NCBI RefSeq assembly: GCF_963921235.1
Contig: NC_086108.1
Span: 29,760,001 to 29,824,000, forward strand
Length of the DNA: 64,000 nt
Direction: 5' to 3'
Origin: Mobula hypostoma
Taxonomy: Eukaryota
Every line of letters begins with the position of its first letter. The first letter of the stretch is position 1. The notes under the pieces are model-generated. The model was not told the DNA's origin, searched no databases, and saw only the letters and a program-made list of their open reading frames with translations. The translations under genes were made by a program, and so were the position numbers. Shown in pieces: positions 48,956 to 60,419 of the stretch.

Positions 48956-51900
48956 TACCCAAAAATGTTGGAACACAGTTAATCATTTTGGTTATTTCAT
49001 TTTTGGCTTGGGCACTGTGCCCGTGAATGAGATTACTATTGGTTCCTTTTAGGAAGCTGGAGTTTGAAATGACAATAGTGTTATTGGATTATGACTAATG
49101 TCAAAGTCTGACCTGGGGACCTTGAGCTGCCAGTCAGTCTTGAGCATTGGAGACTGGTCATTTTCTGTCACTCCCTATTCCCCACAATTGGGTGTTCCAT
49201 GAGTTGGCTTTAAAATTGAAGTCCGGAGTTTGATTCAGCACATGATGCTAATATGTTTGTCTTCTGCAAGTTGAACTAGGACTGGTTTGTGCTGCATTAT
49301 TTCCCGTGCAATAGCTTCTACAATGTAAATGTCAATCACAATAGGTTGTCTGACAGTTGCTTCTACATGTCAGATATTCATGTGAATAAATGGCATTGCT
49401 CCAATTTGCAGTGCAGTTTTATTTTTAAACCCTCCACTCGGGAAGGAATAGCTTGTTTAATGCAGCTCGATTCTATTGAGACTGATCTACAACAGCACTA
49501 ATACGGTTTTTCCTGAAACACCACAATTTGTGTGACTGCAGAATTGTGAAAGGTATGATGACATGCCATCCTTAATCAGCTGGATTACACTTGATCTGGT
49601 CCACTCAGCCCCTACTCCCATGCCCAGCTCCCTCTTTGTTGCACTTCATGGCCCGTTGACTGCTTGATTCAAAATGTCAAAGGCATTTGAAGTGTATTTA
49701 CATAAATATCTCTGGTCGTAATTGGACGACAACAGTTTCAAATATTAATAGTTTTTGTTTTTTTAATTTTAATGGTTAAAAATTGAAGTTTAAAGGGGCA
49801 GTTTAGGAAAGATATTTTCTACAATTATCAAGCAAGTGCAATGCTGTCTCTGCCTGCCTTGGCTGGTATAAGGTTGTGGGGCCAGAAACAAAGTCAGTCT
49901 AGCCCCATGGTTCAGCATGACTGTATTCACCCGAGAGTCTTTTTGAAATCCAGTGGTCAAGTGAGAAGTAAAGTCCAAAAGTATCTGATCAATGCACCTG
50001 TGACTGGTGGTTCCCAAATCTATTGATTTGATACTCAGGAATGTCCTGTCCTGCGAGCCATAATTGGCCAACAGTTCCCATCAATAAAAGGTTTATTAGC
50101 ACCTGGATCTGGCCAAACAGATCTCTTTTGGATCCTAACTGATTCTAATGTGAAGGGTTTCAAGCTCCTTGTCTATTTTGTGGTAAATACAGTATGTATT
50201 CCTCTCTGAAGGCACAAACAATAAAGCTTTTGAGATGCTTTATTGGAATTGTGGGTTTACTAATATATCAATTTCATCAGTGGTTAAAGTAGAGCAAATA
50301 TGAAAGCAGAATTACAAGCCGAGTGAGAAGTTCAAACAATCAAAACCCTTTGGAGTGGTTTTTGATGAATATGCTTGGTGACCACTGTGTTTGGTTTTGG
50401 GAATTTGATCATATGTTACCATTGTTTTTCTTCAATTTTATGCAGTTGTAGAAATAGTGGTTAGTGTTCAAAAATGCACAGCAATGCTTGTGGATTGAAT
50501 ACTGCATAGATATTTGAGATCTCTGCTGAAAGGAGGTTTACAAAGATTGAACAGATTTGGTGGCATTGATTTTTGTCTAGTCAAATGTCATTTGTCTGGA
50601 ACTCTATGGTTTATTCAGTATCTCAAAGTTAAGTCATTGAATAGCCTATAAAACATGGGAAAATATTATGACCTTAAATTGTAGAAGCTATAGATAACAA
50701 GTTCGCTCATTTTATATGAATTGATAATTAGAACATACAAACGTACATGGAATATCTCTGTCTATGCTTTGTCTGATTTTATTTTCTCTTCAGAACAATT
50801 TTTTTCATTAGTTGTTGTTTAGTATTTCAGAGTGTTTTACTATTTAATCGACCAGCATATTCCTGCAATTTTATCGTTGTCTAGTAGACATGGTCTGAGA
50901 GGTGACTGAACATTGAAATGAGCAGCTTGGGATAGAGTTAAGAAAGTCTCTTTATAGTTGACATCTTGATAGCTTAAGATGCAGAACTATATGTATTGGG
51001 GTGCCACTATCGCTACCAGTCTCTTCCTCTGTGTAGACATTGTGTTTGCTGACCGCAAATTTTGATACTCAAATGAAGCTCTTAAGCCCTATCCGATTAT
51101 AGATCACTATGGGTACCCTCTCTAAAGGGAGGTTATACTGTAGCCACCTACTCTTCAAAGGCTAGGTGTCTTCCCTGTCTATCCTCCACAGCAAGTTAAG
51201 CTGCCATACCCACTACTTCAGTGGTAGGTCCTCCCTCCCTACCCAGGAGGAGATGCTTCCATCTAACAAAGTAGTTTAATCACAGTTTACTTATTCTTAG
51301 AGATGCACATTTCAATTTAGATAATATTCTTATAAAGGAAAACATAGATAACCTCTGAGTTTTAAATCTCATAAAAGATTTCCAAATTGCAAACAATTTC
51401 TAAAATAGAGTATTTCCAAAACACAGGTACAATTCAAATGAGCTAACCAGTCATTTGTTGCATAAATCAATGGCAGATGAATGGATTCTAGTTCATCCTG
51501 TCTTTCTATCGTTCTTGTTGCTCTTCCTTGACCAGTCCCAACAAGCCTGACCGCTCTCTTACATTTATACTTTTTTGTTGCCACTTAGATGATTTCACAC
51601 AGGTATTTTTTCAGATTCTTTTCCGCACAGATGGTTTTAAGCTTCTGGGGACAGGGACCCCAAATACCCACAATTAATACTGTGAAGCTGACTCTCTGAG
51701 TACACAAAGCTTCCAACTGTTGATCAATCAGCTATTTGATGTGCTAAGGGATAAAATCAATCCAGTCTATAAGCTTCCTTGAACTAAATAACTTAGCCAG
51801 TGTTGTCCGATTTGATACAGGCCACTTAACATGACCCCTTTGTCTTACTGCAACCGGACCCATGCCGTAGGCCATCAGCCTGTGCTCTATAGACAGCGTT

Positions 51901-53017
51901 GTTTGCAAAGCTGTCCTTTTAACTTCAGACTGATTATTGCTGGCCTTTTACATTAAGAACTGAAGACTGGCTGCCATTTATAACAAGATGCTGAAGAAAG
52001 AGTATTGATTGGAAATTTAACCTACTCAAAAACAACTCTTTGATCTCTAGAAGTGTCAGCTGCAAGGTTAGAAAGCTAAGCTTCACAAAAAGGCCCCCAA
52101 ACCCTGGGTAGTGAATATCCATCGCACCTCTAAATATTTTGCTTCCATTTTGAGTTTACTTCCACTTTTTATTTCCTTTGTTTAATGTATGTCGTGTTTG
52201 TTTTCGAAGCCAGAGGGCTGATGAAAATGTTCTACCAGCAGCTTGGCAGTGCAATAACAAAACTACGGAAATAACTATGTTTTTCACAGGTTATTGACAG
52301 TAATGTATTGCTCTGAATGTGTTGAACCTATTGTTTTTGTGCACTGTAATTGGTAATAGGTTTACACAAGATAAATGGCAAGTTATACTTACTGGTTAAC
52401 ATTAATCCGCTATTAGCTGTTATTTGGCTACAAATCTGTCTCCGAGCATCGTATGCCAGTAGTTCTAGACCATTTAGCGTGGAAGGATGCTATTACTTCT
52501 TTAGACTCTGAGTGGTGCTCTTTTCATACAATGATGGGAATTGTTGCGGTGCTTGCAACAATTAAAGTAAGTGATTGCTTGCTTACTTGCCTTACAAGAA
52601 AGATCTGATGCAATGTACTTCAACTCCAGTTTGTGCATTGCTGCTTTACCTTTTAAGCTATTGAAACTAATACTTTGTTCACTTCATAAATGAGCCCCTG
52701 TTGGCTGACTTTTACCACCAAATGTCTTAGACTAGCAAACTGCAAAATAAAATATTGGTCATGAATCTGTATTTTGCTAACTGGGTCAGATTATCAGGAA
52801 ACACTTATCTTTAGCACTTGAATAAACACACATTTTCTCTCTCTCTCTGTTGGGTGCCAGATTATAATTTACCCAGCTGGTAGATAAACTTCCTCCCCAG
52901 TTTTCTCCTAACATTGCTGTGTGCTTAATGACAGGGTGTATGTGTGAGCAGTTATCCTCCTTCCTTCTTGTGAAGGCAATTATGCAACTTCTCTGTAGAA
53001 ATTTAACTCTCCAATCA

Positions 53018-53563
53018 ATAACAGACATCCCACCCTGCAAAAACTCATTTCAGAGAGGTAGCACCATCAATTTGCGGGAGACTTCCAGGAGAGGTGGGAT
53101 GTCTGCAATGGAGTAGCTCCTTAGCAGCTAGCCAGCTAGTTTAAATAACGTTAGCTATGCTAATGAATGAATAACACCTGTTAAACTCACCTCAACATGT
53201 CTTTTACAGTCTTAACCCACCATGGGCAATAGAAAAGTCACTGTTGCAAACAGTGCAGCGAGCAACACTGTCATTATTTTGACCCCTATTAGGCAGGGAT
53301 ACGCTTTAGTGTAGTCTGGGGTGACGTAGGTTTTATATTTTTTTGGAACACCTCGCCATGGCGCACCCTCGCTCGTGCTCTCATAGTCGCTCGCGCGCAC
53401 TCAAGTGCTCTCGCTCGCTCTCGCGCTCTCTCTTGCTTTTCTCTCGCTCGTTCTCAAAAAATTTGATTTCCATGATATTGTATATAATTTGCAGGCATCA
53501 GGGAGCCACTATTAATATGCGGGAGACTCCCGGAAGTTCCGGGAAAGGTGGGATGTCTGCAAT
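53018..53563. mobile_element. MITE-like non-autonomous DNA element with a duplicated right end
   Basis: Left end ataacagacatcccacc (53018-53034). Its inverse ggtgggatgtctgcaat occurs twice, ending at 53109 and 53563. No clean TSD; superfamily unassigned. Confidence 0.65.
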
Positions 53564-54193
53564 ACAAGATCAGTCCTAGGTTCCAGCCAGTCAACCTTCC
53601 TCGAGCTTTGGTTGAACGCTTCCAAGATCCAGTTAATACCAGTTAAACATGTTTTCAATACGCAGTAGTTTTGATCTGCAGTTATGAAGTTGATTCATTT
53701 TCAGTTTTGGCATGCCAGGAAATTCTGTATGAGGCTCTAAATTTCCAAAGCATGTTAGAGATGACGACCTCCAAATTCAGCACGGTCAAATCATCCATTG
53801 CTTAATATTTCTATGCAAGTTTAAGACATTTGGCTAGTGGCTTGTTTGTTCCAGTCAGAAGCTTGGCACTTTTTTACCATTCCTTCTGTGCTATCCAGCT
53901 GTGCAGCACTAAATGGCCATGTTCCTCTCACCCATTCCAAAATGAGTGAGTTTAGGAAGATGCGCATGTTTGCCTTGTATCATCAAGGTGATAGAAGGTG
54001 AGTAACTTTTAAAATACTGCTATCACTACTCTCATACTCCAACAGAACAAATGAGCTATGAGGAAGTCGGTGGCATGCTGCTTCTGTACCCATGCTGTTA
54101 GCTTCTTTGCAGAGGATACATAGTTAGCCACCACTCTAACTTTTGAAAGACTTGTAGAATAAATGAATTTTGTCAAATGCAGAGGGTCTAGAT

Positions 54194-54273
54194 CAGGGGT
54201 TCCCAACTTTGTGTCCACAGACCTTTCGGTCACTGGTTGGGGTCCATGGCATAAAAAAGGATGGGAAACCCTG
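54194..54273. mobile_element. 80-bp hAT (Charlie-like) MITE with perfect 8-bp TSD
   Basis: Termini CAGGGGTTCCCA...TGGGAAACCCTG. GTCTAGAT is duplicated at 54186-54193 and 54274-54281. Confidence 0.88.
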
Positions 54274-54719
54274 GTCTAGATGTATTAATGCTTCATGAGT
54301 CAAGAAAATAAAAAAAATCAGATTCTGGGAATCTGAAACAACATGCTGGAAACACTCAGCATGTCTGACATGATCTGTGTAGAGAGCAAAACATTAATAT
54401 TTCAAGTCCATCATGCAGCATGGATGAGGCCGAGTACAATTACAACATTTTACAAAGGACATTTAAGCATTTTTTTTGCCCTTTGGGCCCCTTTTAGATG
54501 TTTCCCCTTGTCTTAAAACTATGCTCTCTAATTTTAGACCGTCTTTCCCTGGGACACACTGTGACCATTCACCTTGTCTATCCTCCGCGTGGTCGCCACT
54601 TGGCTACCTCCACTCCAAGTCCAGGACCCTTTGTTCTGACAGTTTACCATGAGCTGTTAATCCTTCCACAGATGTTGCATGGCCTGTTGATTGTTGTTTG
54701 TATGCTTAACTTGAACTGT

Positions 54720-55300
54720 CAATAGAACATAGAACAGTACGGCATAAGTACTGGTCCTTCAGGCCACAATGTTATGCTGAACCAGCTAAAACGTAAATTT
54801 AAAATTTCCAAAAACGAATCCCTCCTACCTACACAATGTCCATATCCCTCCATCTTCCTCATACTCATGTGCCTATCTGAATGTCTCTTAAAAGCCTCTC
54901 ATGTACTTGCATCTACCACCATACCAGGCAGTGCACTCCAGGCATCCACTACTCTCTGAGTTAAAAAAACTTGCCCCTCACATCCCCTTTGAGCCTACCC
55001 CCTCATACCTTCTGTGCATGCCCTCTGGTATGAGGTATTTCTACCCTAGGAAAAAGAAACTCCCTGTTGACTCTATCTATGCCTTTCATAATCTTATCAA
55101 CTTCTATCAGCTCTTTCCTTAGCCTTCACCATTCCAAAGCAAATAACCCAAGTTTTTCCAGTCTCTCATGATAACACATGCCCTCTAAACCAGGCAGCAT
55201 TCTGGTAAACTCTTCTCCATTTTCCCCAAAGCCTCAACGTCCTTCCTATAGTGGGGTGATCAGGACTGTGTGCAATACTACAGATGTGGCCTAACCAGTT
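54720..55300 (-). mobile_element. CR1 3' fragment
   Basis: Tail 'atagaacatagaacagtac' and RT C-terminal remnants ('ttaggccacatctgtagtattgcacacag' on the minus strand). Confidence 0.8.
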
Positions 55301-56551
55301 TATCTATAGGTAGCTTTAATAAGAATGAGATGCCAGTTTGCCAGGCATTGACACTCTGATTATAGTTCTTGAGTTGGACTTTGAAAAGCATGTTGTAATT
55401 TATTGGAAGAGAATTCTGCCAGATGCTTGTAATTTTGTACCAGATGTAAAATGACCCAAGTATTGCAGTGATAGCTTCTCAACATTGTTTATGCTTGGAT
55501 TTGAGAGAAAGTAATCAGTGTATTAAGAAATTCAGTTTGTCAAATCAAAACATTCATACATTCTGTACTCCTGGGGAACACAGTTCCAACAAGTTAACTT
55601 GAAAGCTTCCCAATTCCACAAAGAGACCCTTGGGAATCTAAACTTTTCCGGAAGAGCAAAGCTGCAATTTTGTGCACAACTTTTCAGATAATGGCTTGGT
55701 CATATAATAATCAGAGACCTTTGGTCTCCCTAATGTAATGGGCATAACTGGCTGGCTGATTTCCAGCTCAACTCTGTTCGCCCTCTGAGTCATGTAGTAA
55801 TACATATAATCGGCAGTTGAGAAAACCTATTTGTTTTAACTCAGAATTAGATCTGCAATTTTCCATGGGCTGTGATGTCTTGAAGCTTTCACAACTTAAC
55901 TAGACGAGACAAGCTCTAAGCTATAAGCCATTGCTTTCAGTGCACTAAAAATTGTGGCTTTTGTTGCACAGAACTGAAGTTTTAAATGGCATGTTAATTG
56001 TGCCTGCTGCTTTCACAATGGACTATCAACGGCACTCTTCTAGCAATCTAATTTTTGAAGGAGTTGAGGAATTAAAATTATACTTGTTATTTCTGTCAAG
56101 TGAGCCTGCATAAATGTTCTAATCATTATTTCATGCTTGGGAAAACGTTTAAAATATGAGATTAAAATTGTGCCTGCCTATCCGAGCTTGATATCAGTGT
56201 TTCTAGATGTCTAGGATTGAGTTAAAAGCAGTGACATTCGAAGGTCAGGCCTTTCCTCAGGGATGACTTTCTTGGAGGTTGGTAAAATTCTTCCGTTTGC
56301 AAAAATCCAGACCGAGGAATAGAGTTCTCCTCTAAAAGTGCAAATAGATTCTTTCTTATGTAGTGACATACATTTTGAACCTGACAGGGTGCTATCATGC
56401 ATCCCTGTATGTTAGGTACTGAACATAATGTGAGAGGGCATTCTGGGTAGATGACTTGCATGTAAAATAAACAGCAACACATTTGTTCCTCACCTCTCTG
56501 TCCCTCGTGTGTTATTCACGGCCACCCGGCTTCCCAGTACTACAAACATAA

Positions 56552-57688
56552 AGCACACGGTATTGGGGGTAAGGTATTGATGTGGATGGAGAATTGGTTA
56601 GCAGACAGGAAGCAAAGAGTGGGAATAAACGGGACCTTTTCAGAATGGCAGGCGGTGACTAGTGGGGTACCGCAAGGCTCAGTGCTGGGACCCCAGTTGT
56701 TTACAATATATATTAATGACTTGGATGAGGGAATTAAATGCAGCATCTCCAAGTTTGCGGATGACATGAAGCTGGGTGGCAGTGTTAGCTGTGAGGAGGA
56801 TGCTAAGAGGATGCAGAGCGACTTGGATAGGTTGGGTGAGTGGGCAAATTCATGCAGATGCAATTTAATGTGGATAAATGTGAAGTTATCCACTTTGGTG
56901 GCAAAAATAGGAAAACAGATTATTATCTGAATGGTGGCCGATTAGGAAAAGGGGAGGTGCAACGAGACCTGGGTGTCATTATACACCAGTCATTGAAAGT
57001 GGGCATGCAGGTACAGCAGGCGGTGAAAAAGGCGAATGGTATGCTGGCATTTATAGCGAGAGGATTCAAGTACAGGACCAGGGAGGTACTACTGCAGTTG
57101 TACAAGGCCTTGGTGAGACCACTCCTGGAGTATTGTGTGCAGTTTTGGTCCCCTAATCTGAGGAAAGACATCCTTGCCATAGAGGGAGTACAAAGAAGGT
57201 TCACCAGATTGATTCCTGGGATGGCAGGACTTTCATATGAAGAAAGACTGGATGAACTAGGCTTGTACTCATTGGAATTTAGAAGATTGAGGGGGGATCT
57301 GATTGAAACGGATAAAATCCTAAAGGGATTGGACAGGCTAGATGCAGGAAGATTGTTCCCAATGTTGGGGAAGTCCAGAATGAGGGGTCACAGTTTGAGG
57401 ATAAAGGGGAAGCCTTTTAGGACCGAGATTAGGAAAAACTTCTTCACACAGAGAGTGGTGAATCTGTGGAATTCTCTGCCACAGGAAACAGTTGAGGCCA
57501 GTTCATTGGCTATATTTAAGAGGGAGTTAGATATGGCCCTTGTGGCTACGGGGATCAGGGTGTATGGAGGGAAAGCTGGGGCGGGGTTCTGAGTTGGATG
57601 ATCAGCCATGATCATAATAAATGGCGGTGCAGGCTCGAAGGGCCGAATGGCCTACTCCTGCACCTATTTTCTATGTTTCTATGTTTCT
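56552..57688 (+). mobile_element. Young 5'-truncated CR1 LINE (1.1 kb) with one frameshift
   Basis: ORFs 56577-56930 (GVPQGSVLGPQLF...KFADD) and 56840-57592 overlap through a single 1-bp loss near 56853. (TTTCTATG)n 3' tail. ATAA is duplicated at 56548-56551 and 57689-57692. Confidence 0.95.
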
Positions 57689-60419
57689 ATAACAACTTGT
57701 GATGAGGTGACAAGTCCTCACATGATATTTATTGTTTTGTTCCCCTTAACGAGTAAAGTCCATGTGCAACGCTGGCGGTCTACCACTGTGTCATGATGGT
57801 GAACGAAAACAAAATGGCTGCAGGAAGCCTGGTGCGAGAAACCAAGCGGAGAGAGTGAGAACAGAACAGTTAAAAGAAAACGAGAGAGAGTGACGGATAA
57901 GCCTAGTTACCTTTTCTGGAATGTGACTGTTTGAAAATAATGACAATGTTTGGAATTATGGGGTCGTATGACAAAATGGCAGAGCAACAGAGTTCACCTA
58001 CTGAAAGGTATGAATATTTTGCACTGGCAAGTCAGATTTCAGAAAATATTCATGTTCCAATTCTTCTGACTGTGATGGGTGGTGCAAAAACATTTAATTT
58101 ATTACACAGTTTAGTGCAACATGCTAAGCTTGGTGATAGTTCCGATGAGGACATAGTTAAAGTCATAAAGGACCACTATTTACCTGAGTCTTTATTGCTG
58201 AGAGAGTTAAATTTCAGGAAAGGAATCAAGGAGAAGGCAATTCTATTTCACATCTGATGTGGCGCTGAAGCAGATGTCTGAACACTGAATGACACGGTAC
58301 ATGATAGACTCCTATGTGGTCTGCACAGTGAGGCAATTAGGAAACATTTGCTTACAGAAGACAGACTATCATTACAGAAGGCAGTTGAGATTAGTACAGT
58401 TATGGAGGTGGCAATTGAAGCAGTACAGCCATTGAGCCATCTTCCCAAGTTCATAAAGTTTCTACTGACTTTAAAAGGAAGACACCTATTGGCAATCAAT
58501 ATTACTGTTGTGGCAAAACTGGGCACTCAACATAAGAATGTTGGTATAAGGATTTAGATTGCTAAAACTGTGGCAAAAAGGGACAGACTGAACACACCTG
58601 TAAAAGAAAAAAAGACGCTGTTAACCAAAATCACTGCAATAAAGAAAAATGACTTTTGGAATAACAAAAAGAAACATGTGAACAAGATGAAGCAGACTGG
58701 GGATGGACTGAGTGACTCTGTGGTTGAAGAAGCTTTGCATGTTTTATCTGTTTCAGGACACAGAGACAGCCATTGGGTGAACTCATGGTTGGTGGGTGCA
58801 CAGTGAGGATGTAGATGGACACAGGGTTACTGCAGTAGCACTGGTGTCAGAGACAGTTTACAAAGACGAATTGCATCATCTCAGCCCAGAAGGAGCAAGG
58901 TTGACTTTAAAGACTGATGAGGTTGTTTCAGTGAGGACATGTTACAGTGGAGGTTAATGAACAGATAAAGAAACTTGCACGGTACGTTGTTAAATGTAGT
59001 TATCCAGCACTTCTGGGCCACCCGTGGTTGGAGCAACTCAAACTCAAATAGCATAAAGTGCACTTAGTTGGTGGAGCACTGGTCTACAAAGAGTATTGAA
59101 GAAATAAGCAGAATTATTCAATGGAGAACTGGGCAGAATGAAAGGATTCACTGGCAAGCCCAGAGCCTCAGCAGAGCAGCAGAGACAGCTGCTGACCCTC
59201 GGTGGTGGCATGGACAAAACAGAATGGATTGAAGAAAAAGATCAGTTAAACAATTTTTTTTGGATCTGCCACTGACCCTGGAGGCTACCCAGAGAAAGCC
59301 AACAATACATTAAAAATATATGGCACGAAGAAACCATATAGATACTCTGTGTAAAAGCAGCTGGAAATCAAAGAGTACCCACAGGCAATGCAGAGACCAG
59401 TATGTCTTTTGGAAAAGTATGACAGTGAAGGTATATGGGACCTGGAAAAATGGCATGCATCCTTGTATCCGAATTCTGGCAGGAGTTCACCACTGGATGG
59501 CACTAAGAAGGACTATCTTTTGGATATGGAGAGAGCAATTCTCAGGTGAAGAATTACAGATCCATGCGAGAGAATAAAAAAGATCCTGATGTTGTACTCA
59601 GTCCTCGGTGCTGAAGCTTTGGTCATAGCTGTCATGTGACCAATACCCCCAGTAGTTGAGGATCTGGAAGCCCATTGGGAAGTAGAATTAAAATATTCAT
59701 GGTTGGGTTGCCAGTGGAGGATTGGAAGTGGGTGCTTAATAACATCAAGAACAGTTGATTAGGATAGCAGAGACAAAGACTTGCGTGATGGAGATGCTAG
59801 AGAAGGAAGGGAATGGGGCTTCAAGGAAAAGCGCTTTAGGAGAGAGTTTGGTGATGGCAAGTGCATTTTTAGTCAGTGGAGGTGATGTGGCTCCTTTACT
59901 GAAGAGGAAGCAGAATGGTTTTCTGCTGGCTTCACTAGTCAACCAGAAACAATAGAGCTGACAGGCTTTGATGGTAACATGCTGCTGGAGGATCCAAGTC
60001 AGACAAAGAGGAGGAGGAAACGATCACAGACCATTAAAAAAGGTGTACCATGCAATGGCGTTGCCCAAACAGAGAACCTACTGTTTCTGCATCAGAAGCT
60101 GACCAAGAAGTTCCCCAGAAAGCAGGCCTGCCTTGCATTGAGGAACTTCAATTTCAATGAGTTCTTCAACATAGAGAAAAGTGTTCTTCAACTAGCAATG
60201 ATGATTGAAGAGGTGCTTGGTGAAGGGCCAATATTATCCAGCTGATTCTATCAATGGCTGTTAAGCAACTTAAGTAGACCAGGTAGTCGCTCCAGTAGCC
60301 TGCAGTCTACCCCACATGAACTTGAGAGATTTTCTAGTCTGGAGCTGATGATCCCAGAACCTGTTTCAGAGATTGGAAATTAGTTTGCACCCATTCCATC
60401 ATGAGGAAAATTATAAGGA

